A stretch of 64,000 bases of DNA from the human T2T-CHM13v2.0 reference genome, Homo sapiens, in the NCBI RefSeq assembly GCF_009914755.1, contig NC_060944.1; one strand, written 5' to 3'. The notes below the pieces were generated by a model. The model had not been told where the DNA came from. It worked only from the letters and a program-made list of their open reading frames with translations, and searched no databases. This document shows, one piece after another, positions 45,355 through 64,000 of this stretch (within the stretch, counting starts at the first letter, position 1; each line of letters begins with the position of its first letter). The translations under genes and the position numbers were made by a program.

Positions 45355-45585
45355 GAGGCAGTGTAGCGTGGTAACTGAAAGCACAGCCCTGGAGCCAGAC
45401 TTCTCAGGTTCGAATCCTGATTCTATGGCTCACTAGCTATATAACTTTGGGCAAGTTATCAAAACTCTTAAGGCCTCAGTTTCTTCATATGTAAAATGGG
45501 TATAACGATCATAACAGACCTATCTCACAGTGTTGTGAAGACTAAATGAATTAATATATGGCATAGACTTAGTGTTGGAAAGACA
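45355..45585 (+). mobile_element. MIR (donor of the templated insertion at 46351-46422)
   Basis: ggttcgaatcctg...gcctcagtttcttcatatgtaaaatggg. Confidence 0.85.
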
Positions 45586-45590
45586 CGGAG

Positions 45591-46682
<1,092 letters not shown>

Positions 46683-46799
46683 ATAGCGAGGTCTTTAGTT
46701 TTAATTCCTTTTTTATTTTAATTTTAAATACATTTTTATTGTGGTAGAATATACATAACATAAAATTTACCATTGTAGCCATTAATAAGTGCACAACTC

Positions 46800-47163
<364 letters not shown>

Positions 47164-47432
47164 TCATCATCCCAAACAGAAACTCTGTACTCCTTAAATA
47201 ACAACCCCCCATTCTCCCCAGCAGTCCCCGAGCCTCTATTGTACTTTCTGTCTCTGTAAATTTGTCTGTTCTATGTACCTCATAAAAATGGAATCATAGA
47301 ATATTTTTCTCTTGGGTTTGGTTTATTTCACTTGGCATAATGTTTTCAGGTTTCATCTATGTCATAGCATGGATCAGAATTCCACGCTTCTTATGGCTGA
47401 GTAATATTCCATTGTATGCACGTACCTGTTTA

Positions 47433-47852
<420 letters not shown>

Positions 47853-48157
47853 TTATACCTACAAGTGGAATTGCTGGGTCATGTGGTATTCTCTTTAATT
47901 TTTTTGTTTTCCTCAGTGGCTGCATCATTTTACATTTGCTCCAGCAATAGACAAAGGTTCCAATTTCTCTACATCCTCACCAACACTCATTATTTTTGGT
48001 ATCTCATTGTGGTTTAGTTATAATTCCTTTTGATCTCATCCAAAGCAGATTACCCACTACCTGTCATCCTCTCACCCACAGAACGCAACTCTTTGCTTCC
48101 ATGCTGGTATCACAGCGTGGCCTCATGTTTGTTGAACGTTTGCCTTGCTGAGCAGCC

Positions 48158-48498
48158 CAGGAGTTGGCAAACTGTGGCCTGGGGCTGCAGGTGAAACCTG
48201 GTGGCTGCTTGTTTTTGTATAGTCCACAACCTAAAGATGGTTTTTATATTTTTAACTGGTTAAAAAAAAAAAAAAGAAAAAGAATATTTTGTGAAATATA
48301 AAAACTATATAAAATTCAAATTTCATTGTTTATGAATACTCTTATTGGAACACAGCCATGCTTACATATTTAGGTACTGCCCATGGCTGCTTTTGCCTTA
48401 GAAGGCAGAATAGAGTAGTGGCAACAGGGGCTGTATGGCCTGTAGAGCCTAAAATATTCACCATGTGGCCCTTTAGAGAAAAGGTTTGCTGAACCCTG
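48158..48498. mobile_element. MER58B-like hAT MITE
   Basis: TIR-like ends caggagttggcaaac ... gtttgctgaaccctg. Confidence 0.75.
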
Positions 48499-48579
48499 CA
48501 CTGGACCCTGAACTCAGGGACAGTGATCCTGCCGTCTCCAGGGTGCCTGGCCATTGGTAGGAAATTAACAAATAGTCAT

Positions 48580-50160
<1,581 letters not shown>

Positions 50161-50744
50161 CTTTTAGATAATGGGAGAGGAACAGCTGCCCTTGAAAGGT
50201 GACAAAATATTCCTTCATAGATGGACAGTGTCCAAGTGTCAGCCCCCATTCTGGCCTTGGTGAGCCCAGTTGGATTGTGAAGGAAACGGAGAAAGCATGG
50301 TGCCCTGATGTCTGTCCACTGCGAATGGCGTTTCCTGTTTTAACCAGACCTCTCTTGTGAAGGAAAAAATAGCCATCACTCCATGAGCCCTTCAATTGCC
50401 AGTCTAGAAGGCCATTTCCTGGCCTTGCGAAAAAACGACAGCACCCTCTGCCCAGCCTAGAACATCTTCTACCTGCTGGGCCCTGCTGGTGGCTGGGGCC
50501 CATCTGAATGCAATCACTTGTTTGTCCCTGGCCAGGGAGAACATCCTTCCAGCAGCCTTGCCTGGATCTGCTGAGTGAGCACCCAGGCTCCCAACACTGC
50601 AGGGGAGGGGGAGAAGCAGAAGCAGTGATTGTCTCTACTTTTATTTTTAGATGATCAGTGAGACAAAGCTGCCTGCATGAGGCAAGTTGTCAAGACCTCT
50701 GACTTCCTTATGGATCTGAAGCCAGCTTCTCAGTCTTCTCTCAT

Positions 50745-51260
50745 TGTATCAGTTTCCTATGGCTTAAGGATAACAAATGTCCTTAAGCACTAAGTGGCTT
50801 AAAACAACACAAATGCATTAGCTTACAGTTCCAGAGGTCAGAAGTCCAACACAAGTCTCATGCAGCTAAAATCAAGGTTTTGCCAGTTCCTTCTGGATGT
50901 ACAAGAGGAGAATCTGTTTCCTTGCCTTTTCCAGCCTTAGAGGCTGCCCACATTCCTTGGCTCATGGCCTCTTCTCCACTGAAAGCCAGCAGCGTTGGCT
51001 CTCTCTGTGCCTTTCTTCTAGAGTCACATTTCTTTCTGACTACTTGACTGTCTTCTTCTTCCACTTTTAAGGACCTATGAGATTACACTGGGCCACTTGG
51101 ATAATCCAAGCTGAACTCCTTATTTTAAGGTTAGCTGATGAGTCAAGCTAATTCTGTTTACAATCTTAATTCCCTCTTGCCATGCAAGGGAACACAGTCA
51201 TAGGTTTTGGGAATTAGGATGTGGATATTTTTAGAGAGCCATTGTTCTGCTGATTGCACT
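50745..51260 (-). mobile_element. MLT1 (C/D-like) solo LTR
   Basis: gtggcttaaaacaacacaaat...ttacagttccagaggtcagaagtcc. Confidence 0.75.
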
Positions 51261-51676
51261 CCCTGATGTTCAAGTCCAACTTTAACTCATAAGCTCCTTA
51301 CTCTCTTAAAATGGCCCTAGGTTGATAGTTTGGTTCCAAGACTTATAAGGTGTGTGGATAATGGTAACAGCAACAGCAATAATTACAGCAACCATACACC
51401 AAGAACATGCTATGAAGCAGGCACAGGAGACACATGATATCATCTGATCCCTGTAGGACCTGATGGAGTAGGCATCATCATCCCTATTATAGATGGGGAA
51501 ACCGAGGCCTGGGCAGTATAAATAATGAGCCCAAGGTTACTCGGCTTTTAGATGGCAGATTCAAGATTGGAACTATAGCTTGCCTGACTTTAACGACTTC
51601 CGTCCTGACAGCAAATGACTAAATAGCAAACCTCTACCCTGTCTCCAAGTCAAGCTTCCTCTGAGCAGAGATTTTA

Positions 51677-52333
<657 letters not shown>

Positions 52334-52639
52334 CTAAGTTTAGGCTACCCAGGTTCAACTTCTAATATTGTCACATTAGCTGCTTCCACTTGGGTCCACC
52401 TCACCCCTGTAAGCCTCAAGTTCCTCCTCATTTGTAAAAATCGTAGTGTGATACTATCTGCCTTGCCAAGTGCTGGGTGGATTAGAAACAATCATGCATG
52501 CATAGCACACGGTAAACGATCACTATTAAGCCACTCCCACATGTCCATTATTGAAGCAGGTGGTGTGAACAAGAGAGGCATGTATGGTCTTTGTTCACAA
52601 GCATCTCTCCCTCTCTCCCTCAGCCTTTCTTTCTCTGTC

Positions 52640-52643
<4 letters not shown>

Positions 52644-52677
<34 letters not shown>
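52644..52677. repeat. (CA)n microsatellite
   Basis: Read directly. Confidence 0.95.
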
Positions 52678-52678
<1 letters not shown>

Positions 52679-52922
52679 AGTTAATGACATCAAGGGGGAA
52701 GTTAGGAAAGATGAAAAATTGGAGACCAAGACGGTCATAACATGGTTCTAATTTGTGGTTAAGAAATTCATGAAGGAATAGGTCAATGTGTACCCAGAGA
52801 AAGGAAAGATTCACTTATGAAGAACGTGGGAGTGAATCACAAGACTGTCACTGTCTGCAACCCTTGAAGGGGCCCCTTGACCATCTTGCTGGGCGATTTG
52901 AATCACCAGATGTGGTCTACCA

Positions 52923-53130
52923 CAGTGTCTCTCATGCCGCTGCTCACATATGAACTTCATGATTTTTGCCATATCTCTTGCTGCCTTGTTTAGTGTTGAC
53001 TTAAGATTTTTCTTTCATTATTTGGATATTGACTACACTGACATAAAAAGGAAACTTTATGTCACTATGGTAAATGGGAGGCTGATTTTCTTGCCACAGA
53101 TAGAAACTGTGAAAAAAATACATACCGTTT
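52923..53130 (+). mobile_element. MER113-like hAT-Charlie fragment (related fragments near 16290 and 59700)
   Basis: cttcatgatttttgccatatc and aaaaggaaactttatgtcactatggtaaatgg. Confidence 0.5.
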
Positions 53131-53149
53131 TTTTTTTTAAAGAATGCTC

Positions 53150-53315
53150 TTTTTAAACTTTTTTTTTAGGTTCAGGGGTACACGTGCAGGTTTGTTATAT
53201 AGGTAAATTGTGTGTCATGGGGTTTTGGTGTACAGATTATTTTGCCACCCAGGTAATAAGTATAGTACGAATAGGTAGTTTTTCCAACCTCTCCCCACCC
53301 CACCCTCCACCCTTA
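53150..53315 (-). mobile_element. Short L1PA 3' end
   Basis: ttaggttcaggggtacacgtgcaggtttgttatataggtaaa. Confidence 0.8.
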
Positions 53316-53350
53316 AGTATATATGTGTTCATGAAAATACACAACTATTA

Positions 53351-53788
<438 letters not shown>

Positions 53789-53792
53789 TTAA

Positions 53793-53960
53793 TTTTTTTT
53801 TTGTTTTAGAAATGGGGTCTGGCTCTGTCACCCAGGCTGGAGTGCAATGGTGCCATCATGGCGCACTGCTGCCTGAATGTCCTGCACTCAAGCTATCTTC
53901 CTGCCTCAATCTCCCTAGTAGCTGGGACTACAAGGCGTGAGCCAACACGCTGGCTGGATT
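53793..53960 (-). mobile_element. Alu right monomer / FRAM
   Basis: Single monomer. Confidence 0.8.
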
Positions 53961-54029
53961 TCTGCATCTTTAGGTTCTTAATCCTTAACCTTTTTGCTTC
54001 TCAGTTTCTCATCATTAGAATGGGGCTGT

Positions 54030-54327
54030 TTCACTGTGCACAGTGTCTCACACCTGTAATCTCAGCACTTTGGGAAGCCAAGGCGGGAGAATCTCTTGAG
54101 GCCAGGAGTTTGAGATCAGCCTGGGCAACAAATCAAGATCCCCATCTCTACAAAAAATTTAGCCAGGCATGGTGGTGTGTGCCTGTAGTCTTAGCTATTC
54201 AGGAGGCTGAGGCAGGAAGATCACTTGAGCCCAGGAAGTTGAGACTGCAGTGAGCTGTGACCACACCACTGCACTCCAGCCTCGGCAACAGAGCAAGACC
54301 CTGTCTCAAAAAAAAAAAAAAAAAAAA
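54030..54327 (+). mobile_element. AluJ
   Basis: Dimer with J-type features. Confidence 0.85.
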
Positions 54328-55301
54328 GAGTGAGCATGTTTATAAAAAGAGTCATTATTATTGAGAAATGACTGAGCTGAGCATTTTGCACCCATTCGTT
54401 AATATAGCCTTCATAAAGTTTCCATAATGATGTGGTATTATTGAGGTGGTATCTATGAGGCCACCGAGGCACAAAGAGGTAGTTTTGTTCTGTCACACAG
54501 CTTGTCACTGCAAGGAGTGCGAACCCAAGACCATCTGAACATGAAGCCTTGACATCCTGCAGTCCTGCCTCTCTGTGCTAGCCACTTCATGGGGGCTGAG
54601 AGCAGCCGAATTAACTAACGATGAAGAAGATGCACTGGGGATAAAGAGGAGAGGCTACTTACTGGTGCTTGCCGTGGGCCAGAGACTCCTGGAAGTACTT
54701 TTTCTGTATCAACTCATCTCATCCTCATCATAGACGTATAATGGAAGTCTTAGTATTATTCCCATTTTACAAATAAGGATGTTGAGGTACAGAACCTTTA
54801 ATTAACTTGCATCCAGTAAGTGCTGAACCTGAATTGGAACCTAAGGGGTCTGGTTCCAGAGCCTGTCCCCCAACCTGATAAAGGCATCACACAGATGGTA
54901 CAACTGTTTATATCATCACCGGTGACAGTTTCAACTCTGCAACTGAAGACTTATCTGTCTGCCTCAGGCTCTTATTTAGCCCCTGCCTGGCCCTACCTTG
55001 CTTGATTTCTTTTTTATTATAAGATGGAATTCAGATGACGTGAGCCTTCTAAGGAATTAACTTTGTGGCAGGAAGGTGCTCATTCGTTCATTCACCTAAC
55101 CAACATAATTGGTGTCTAGCTATGCAAGACACTGCACTGTGTGTCAACAAAACAGGAAAGCGGTTGTGTGTGATGGTTCAGATGGGAGACACAACAACCA
55201 CACAGACCCAAGATCCACACCCCACATCCATATTCGTTAGCTTGCAGGAGTTCTGGTCTGAACTTCTCCAAGCATCTGTTTCCTCATTCTTATTCCTATA
55301 A

Positions 55302-55675
<374 letters not shown>

Positions 55676-56194
55676 TAGGTGGATGTTTACTGTATACATA
55701 CCTTCTTAATTGATTGTCTTCTGTTGAGTAGGAGAGTATCGTTATAATTTTCACCTTCCTATCCCCCTGATTATAAAAATAATACAGGCCCACAATCCTG
55801 TATCCCCGACCCAGGGGCCAGATGCATTTTGTAAGCCAATTTTTTTGCGCTTTTAGATGCATTTTGTTTACACTAAATGTCAAATAATACATGAATACCT
55901 CTTCAGAGAAATGTATGGATAGTCACACCACCTGAGAACATTAAAGGCTTCATGGAAACTCAGAAGAATCCATATTTTGCTGGCGAATGAACTGTGTGGA
56001 TTTTGGAATTATAGGTAAGGGATTATTAATGGGACCTGCATATGCTTGTGGTGGCAAATTTGGAAAAATACAGTGAAGTATTAAAAAGAAAGTAATCACA
56101 TTAAAAAGAAATAACAATTGGAATTTTCATGTATGTTTTCTAATTCGTTGAATTATTCAACAATATCATTGATCCTCTATTAGATGTTCTAGGG

Positions 56195-56447
56195 CAGTGG
56201 TTTTCAAAGGTGAAATTTTGTCCCCCGAGGGGATTTAGCAATATCTGGAGACATTTTGGTTGTCACATCTAGAGCCAGCTGCTAGTAGGTAGAGTTGGCA
56301 TTTAGTAGGTAGAGTTGGCATTTAGTAGGTAGAGTTGAGGATGCTGTTAAACATCCTACAATGCATAGAACAGCCTTCACGACAGAGAATTATCCAGCCC
56401 CAAATGTCAATAGTGCCATGATTAAGAAGATTAAGAAATCTCGGCTA
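56195..56447. mobile_element. MER20 with a 20-bp tandem expansion (56283-56337)
   Basis: cagtggttttcaa...tctggagacattttggttgtcac; (tagtaggtagagttggcatt) x2.7. Confidence 0.8.
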
Positions 56448-56980
56448 GACTTTAGACATACAGTAATGAATAAAACAATTAAAAGTTAATATATTTACTA
56501 TATATTTATAAAATATATATGATGTATGCACACACAGAAAAATATAAGGGTTTTAAAATGTGGTATTATTCCATATATAGTTTTTTTTTTTTACTTAACA
56601 TTGCTTCATGAATGTTTTACGATATCAAAAACTCTTCAAACACATCATTTTTATGCCTATAGAATATTGCTTCAGAAAGAAATGAAATTATTTTTAGCCA
56701 TTTCTTTACATAAAAATTGATTTTGCTTTCTTTATTTAAAATAATGCCATGATGAACATCCTTATATTTACATTGTTTTATGACATCTCTGATTATTTCA
56801 TTGGGTTCTCAGGCTGACAGCTCATTCTAGAGTAGGGTTATTGAGTCAAAGGGTACAAACTTTAAAACATCCTTAGTGTATGTGATAAAATTGCTTTGCA
56901 GAAAGGTTGTTCCAAGTTTTACTTGGTGCAGGAGTTTACATTAAAAATCAGAGACTTAGGGTACCAAATAAACATAGCTA

Positions 56981-57321
<341 letters not shown>

Positions 57322-58024
57322 TCAAGCTATGAATAACACATCCAGAAAATTCTGGTGACAGGAAGAAGCCTTCAGAAACAGAATAGCCTGTTGGCTATTC
57401 TCAGCTGGCCATTTGGTCCTGGATGGACTCAGTCAGGCTCATGATACTCATTGTATTGTAATCACCCCAGCATGCAAACAGATTGGACAACAGTTCAAAG
57501 ACTGGGCAACAGAACACAATTAAGAAGTGATTAACTTACGGGAAAAGATGAAAAGAGCTCAAGTATGAAAGCCATGTGGCAGAAAACCCTGGGAGGAGGT
57601 GATCACCATTTCCAAGCATTGAAATTCCATAAATAAAAGGCTAGAAGAGGAACTTCTCGGGGGATGATTTAAAAGGTAATGGCATATCTTTGAACAATGA
57701 GGATTCCAGGCTGAAATCTCAAGAGGAAGCTTCCTTGTTGTGGTTCTCGACAGGAATAATCCGTTGAGGAAATGATAGAATTCCTTTTAACGTGTCGGTA
57801 GGTGAAACAGCAAGAGGAACACAGGCCAATCAGATAATGTGAATTTGTCCTCCAGCAAGTGCTGCACCGGAGCTTAGTGAATGAGTAAGGTTCTCCCAGA
57901 CTCAGGGCAAAGGGAGCACAGGCTCCACTATAGGCAGCAGTTGATGGAGAACCTCGATTTGGACGGAAGAAAATTCCTGGTTTCTCTTTTTCTGAGGCTG
58001 AAGAAGAACAGAAGCTCATCAAAT

Positions 58025-58240
58025 AGAGGAGGGCTGGCTACTCCTGTAGCCATAAAAAGGGAGACGTAGATATTTTCAGCTTTGCAGACCCTCCAGGCTC
58101 TGTGTCAACCGCTCACCTCTGCCTTCGTAGACTAAATGCAGTCATAGACATGGGTAAATAATGTGTGTGGCTGTGTTTTAATAAAACTTTATTTGCAGAA
58201 ACAGGCAGTGCCTAGGGAGCATGGTTTGCTGACGGCTGAT
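58025..58240. mobile_element. MER58A-like
   Basis: atattttcagctttgcag...aataaaactttatttgcagaaacaggcag. Confidence 0.65.
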
Positions 58241-59429
58241 CTCAAGAAGCGGGAAAGACGCCCTGTAAAAGAGCGAGGAAATTTAAAGAGAATGGGTTCA
58301 AGTACCATCTCTACACTTAACGGCTAGTTAATTAACCTTTGTGAACACTTGGGGTTTTTTTTTGTCCATGAAAAGGGTTAATTGCAGTGCTTCCCTCATG
58401 GGTTTGTTCTCAGAATCAAATGGAACAATGTCTGAATAATGCTTATCATAGGCCTGGGTGCACAGAGGTACTAAAATAAGAGAAAGAGTAAAAAGAATGC
58501 ACATTTTATTATAGTTCTTACCCTATTCTATTGGGTTTATGTAACTGTTTCCTTCACTAGTATGAGCTCCTGAAGTTCAAAAATCCCACTTAGTTAACAC
58601 ACGTCTCCAGTACCCATCATGGTGGCACATGGTGGGTGGTGTTTTGGGTTTGAAAGCAGCACTGGGGATGGGGGTTGGGGGCAGTGGTTTAGTGAGGGAA
58701 GGCTCCCATGGGAGTGGGAACCAAGGAAGCAGGACACGGTGGGAGAAGGAGCGAAGCAGAGGTTTTTGTGAACTGGAGTCTAGCTTCAGCCTGATGCCTT
58801 GGGGATATACATTGCATGTATCGGGAGCAGATACTGCACCCCAGCATTAGCTCATGTTGAAGCAAAGGCGCTGGCCTTTCATGGCCTGGAACAGTCAGTT
58901 ACTGGCTGTAGGCTGGCCTCATTAAGAGTGAGGAGATAATCTCCCAGGTGAATTGGCTTCTGTGCTGCTGAATGAGAGCAGCTGGGAGCTGTTAGCTCTG
59001 CCAATGGGGTGGGGGGATGGGTGAGGGGGGCATGACAGCTTCTCTGCAGTGCCCAATTATTGCTTGTTCCATAAAAGCCTATGTGTTCTGTGGTTATGCT
59101 CTAAATCACCCGTGAAACACAGCTGGTTTATAGGAAACGGGAGAAGGGCAGAGCCAGGGTGACTAAGTCATCACCTGTCACTCCAAAGATAAATTGTTTA
59201 GCTGAGAGGCTGAGCCCAGAGATGGTGAGGAACCTGACTCAAGGATGGTGATGTTCTCTCTTTGCAGGGACAGGAAGTGGCTTCTTTTTTCAGTGGCCTG
59301 TGGGCGTTTCCTTTGCCTGGAGGAGTGTGTGGTACCATCCAGACTGAGGGTTGCTGAAATCCCTCACAGGGCTTGACACAAGTGCCAATAATGCCACAGT
59401 AACATCTGCCTGGGTTCTGGCATCTGGCG

Positions 59430-59620
59430 AGAGTGGGATTGAATCCCAGCTCTGCCACTTTAGCCATGTGACCTTGAACCAATGACTTAGCAATATAAGC
59501 CTTATTTTCCATGTCTGTAAAATGGGAATAGCAATACTTCCCAATTCTTAGGGCTTTTGTGAGGCTTAGAGTTAATGCTTATAAAATGGCTGGCACTTAA
59601 TTAAACTCCAATTTCAATAC
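59430..59620 (+). mobile_element. MIR
   Basis: ttgaatcccagctctgccacttt...tctgtaaaatggga. Confidence 0.8.
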
Positions 59621-61937
59621 ACGGTAATTTTATTTACTTTCTTTGTTATGATGGTGTATTTGTTATGTATTTATAGAAATGGTATTGTTCAGTTAATGTT
59701 TCCCAGTTGTCATTTGCATATTACTTTGGATTTTTGCCATATCTGTTGCCACCTGTACTATTATTTATTTAGCATACATTAGTTGACTCTTGAAAATAAA
59801 ACTTAAATAGTTTTAATAGGACCAGGGCAATAAGGGGTTTGGATGGGCTAGTGCTTGGCCTATGATAAGTATGCTATGAATGGGAGCTACTATTATCATC
59901 AACACTGACATTAAATGACTCTTAGTTTTGTATCCTATCTGGGAATTTGCATTGACTCATTTCATTTCTTCCTTTTAGAATCAAGTTGCTTGCATTCTCT
60001 CCATTGGATGAGGTCACGTCTTTACTCCTGCCTGAGCTAATTGATGTATTCTTAAAGTGGCTTGCTTGGCTAAGAATTTCATGCATAGTATCAGGGGATT
60101 TTTTCTTTCCTCTGTTAAATAACTTGGGCTCTGACAGATTACAAGGAAGTTATTACTCAGAGCTAAGTGCTCAAAACTGATTGTAGGGAGCAGTGGAAAT
60201 TCCCCTTCCTTGCCTAAAATAACTGGAACTGGAACATGACAATATGAGCTTTGTCCAGGCTTGAAACAATATCCTTTCCAAGTGAATTTTGTACGGAAAT
60301 ACTTACCAATATATAGTGGTAGTTCTCACTGACAGGCTAGAAAAAGGTTAGTCATTCCCCGTATTCCATAGCTAAAAGGGCCATTGTTAGGGACAATAAG
60401 CCCCCGAGGAGTGAAATTTAAGCATGTGGACATAGTAATATTGGACTTACCTGACTTCTCCCTGCCCCTTATCCCATTTGATTCCTTCACTATCAAAAGA
60501 ATCTAATTCCGGAAATAGACATGCTCTCCATTTGTTTGATTATTTTTATTGCAAGTATGTTTGTGACAACCTTCCCCTGAACACCCCCGAGCAGGTCCTG
60601 AGGAAACGGGAGAAGGAAATGCTCAGGTCCTTATAGTAGATGCGAGTTCAGAGTAGCTGACTCAGATGAATGTCCGTGAGTTCAAATTCCACAGCAGTTT
60701 TTAATCCCATGTCTTGAGCTGTTTCAGAAGGTTGATAATTAGCAAGGGCATGTGTCCAGCCCTCGCAGACTCAGGATGTAAAGATCTGGAGATTTTGTTG
60801 GAGTGAGTATTCCATTGCTGAACTGTTATGCTCATTATTACAGATTAAAAAAATAAACTGGGCAAGATCTTGTGAAGTGCTTCACTCTGTTTTTTTTTTG
60901 TTGTTGTTTTTGTTAATAAAAATTTCTTATTAAAAAAAATTTAAGGCTAAGTGGAAAAGGGGGGCAGGAATAAAAGTGGGAATCCGTCAATGAGCTTTTT
61001 TTGTTATTATAAGCTCCAAGAAATTTTGTTAGTGCTGGTCATATTAGCTAGTGTTAAGATTTTCTCAAGGCCTGAAATCTACTGCATGCAATTTATTAAG
61101 CTGCAGCACCCGTGCCAGGAAACATTCCCCTCTAAAGGAAGAAGGAGGCGGAGTGTAAGGGTTATTTTGATTTACCTTTCCTGGCTGAGGTCTCTGAAAT
61201 CACTCTCAACACAACAGGCTTCCTCTTTTGGGGAGGGTCTCCCTCTCCCACCAACCTTGCAGGTTCAGGAGGGAGGCCCTGGGGGGCAGGAATTTGCTCC
61301 ACCCACTAAGTGAGGCCAGATGATTCTGGCATTTAGTGGAGTGGCAGGTGGGACTTCAGAGCTCACTAAAGTCTTTCCTTGCTTTTCCCTCTTCCGTGTC
61401 TCTCATCAATGCAGAGGAGTCACATCTTTAGGCTCCTAGAATGGATATGACTCCAACTCTGCCATCCCAAGCTTGGCAGGGGTAATAGTAGGAATGAGAG
61501 GGAAATACCAATATTAGTGGGGCCTGCCAATTCACACACGTGCAGGTTGCAGGGGAAGCTTGAGCTGGGAGGGCGTGTGATGCCGGCTCTTCCCTTAAGA
61601 AGGGGGCGTCCCCCTGCTCCTGAGCGAGTAAGCACAGTTTACAAAGGCATATATATTTTTTCTTATACTGTACTATGGTACCTTGAATGCAAGTCTACTA
61701 TTGCATCTATCACAGTATTCAAAGAAATAGTCATCTCTATACTCCACAGTACCCCTTATGTGGATGCCTAAAGAGACTTGAAAAGAATCCTTATGGCAGC
61801 ATGGCTGGTCATGGTGATCACCTGGATATGCACAAAATGGCCAACAAGGAGAATGGGTTCTGGGTTGGGTATGTGTTCCAAGTATAGCCAGAGAGATTCT
61901 TGCCTGGGACTTTCGTGAGAGCTATTGGGAAAAAGGG

Positions 61938-61947
61938 GTGTGTGTGT

Positions 61948-61979
<32 letters not shown>
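61938..61979. repeat. (TG)n microsatellite
   Basis: Read directly. Confidence 0.95.
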
Positions 61980-62124
61980 TTCTTTTGGTTTCTTTTGGAG
62001 CCACCAGTTGTGGGGACCATCTAGGCCTGAAGCTACAGATGATTGCTTTGCCATTCACATGGAGACAGCCTACTTGAAAGTAATGGCAATATAGAGGAAA
62101 GCAGAGCCAAGAAATAGAGAATGA

Positions 62125-62521
<397 letters not shown>

Positions 62522-63529
62522 TCCTTTCATTCTTAAACAAGATGAGTTATGTCATTGTCATGTGCAACAAAAGCAGTCTTGGCTATTTCATCTTCCTCCT
62601 ATTGATCTGAACTCTAAATGTATAGGTAAATACTTATTTGGTTAGAGACCAAGCTTTGCAAGAGAGAAAAGTCACTATTCCAAGGACCAAGCGCTTAGGC
62701 TCATTTGTGCTCCAGGTTGGACTTTTATTTTGAGAAATTGGCCTGCTTTAATCACAGATAATTTGTCTAAGCTATTCCAATTGCGATTGAATAGTCATTT
62801 ATGCCATAAGTTGGAATCAGCCAGTGCCTTCAAATGTTGATATCTGTGATGAGTGCAAACAACTTTTTTTTTTTTTTTTAACAATCAGTTTTCATAACAG
62901 GGGTGCACACTCAGCCCCTGAGTCACCCGTTGGCTAACAGTTCTCTCTCCCATTTGTGATGGCCATTCACCCATCTGAATTTTTGATAAATATACACTCC
63001 CAAATATCTGTCCTTAATGAGCCTCTATGTTATGCTCTGGCATGTGGGATATTGCCCCATAATCCTGTGGCCCCAGTATAGACAGGTACCCATTTCCTGT
63101 GGCTGCCCACTGAGAGAGTGGTGATTTCCCCATCAGAGGCATCAGCCTTTGACTTGTTTTTCTTGTAGATATGATGCTTCATGCCAAGTCATCCACCAAA
63201 CACCATGCAACGAGGGACAGGGCTGAGTTGTCTAGAGATGCAAAAAGAAAATTTTGTAAGCTGGTTGCATAACCATCGCTCCTTGTTAGCACTAGTACCT
63301 AAGAGGACTGTCTTCCTCTTTCAGCTTTCCAGAGATCTGTGTGCCCTCAGGAAGCAAGTGCAATAGGGATCTATCTCCAAGAATATGGACACTAAACAGG
63401 TACAGGGCCCAGGACCACACAGAAGCCGGGAGAGACACAGGCGTGTCCACTCAATGAGGCATCTGGCATTTCAAGACATAAAGATGAAGAGATGCCAAAA
63501 TAGGGGTTACCCAAATTTATGAAATATAT

Positions 63530-63957
<428 letters not shown>

Positions 63958-64000
63958 TAACCATATTGTCTTAGAATGAACTTGAGGTAACATGATCTGT

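Noticed and set aside
57400-57790. Possible L3/CR1 remnant (similar impression at ~7820-8110)
   Set aside because: Too degenerate to support without an HMM search

Overview
Hominid (most likely human) genomic DNA: about 44 Alu copies or fragments, two SVA insertions, L1, L2, MIR, MaLR and ERV1 solo LTRs and DNA-transposon fossils. The only credible protein-coding sequence is an intronless SUMO1 retrocopy with an intact 101-aa ORF (34623-34928, minus strand). I recognise it as SUMO1P1/SUMO5, which from memory lies at 20q13.2 between ZNF217 and BCAS1. Nearly all other ORFs in the track are Alu, SVA, L1, Tigger or low-complexity artefacts. The most notable observations are: (i) the retrocopy leader holds a 21-bp tandem array of ETS-type CGGAAGTG motifs and an optimal-Kozak, out-of-frame uORF overlapping the SUMO5 start; (ii) the TSDs of the long SVA enclose about 140 bp of non-SVA polypurine DNA including (GGAA)10, which points to a 5' transduction; (iii) a TSD-less, 5'-truncated SVA sits in an Alu linker; (iv) three separate 70-100 bp locally templated duplications copy MIR-derived DNA from 0.7-0.8 kb away, one with a complex template-switch scar; (v) a full-length Tigger1 and a ~0.9-kb palindrome-rich AT tract. 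Subfamily names come from recalled consensus sequences, not a database search, and boundaries of old repeats are approximate.
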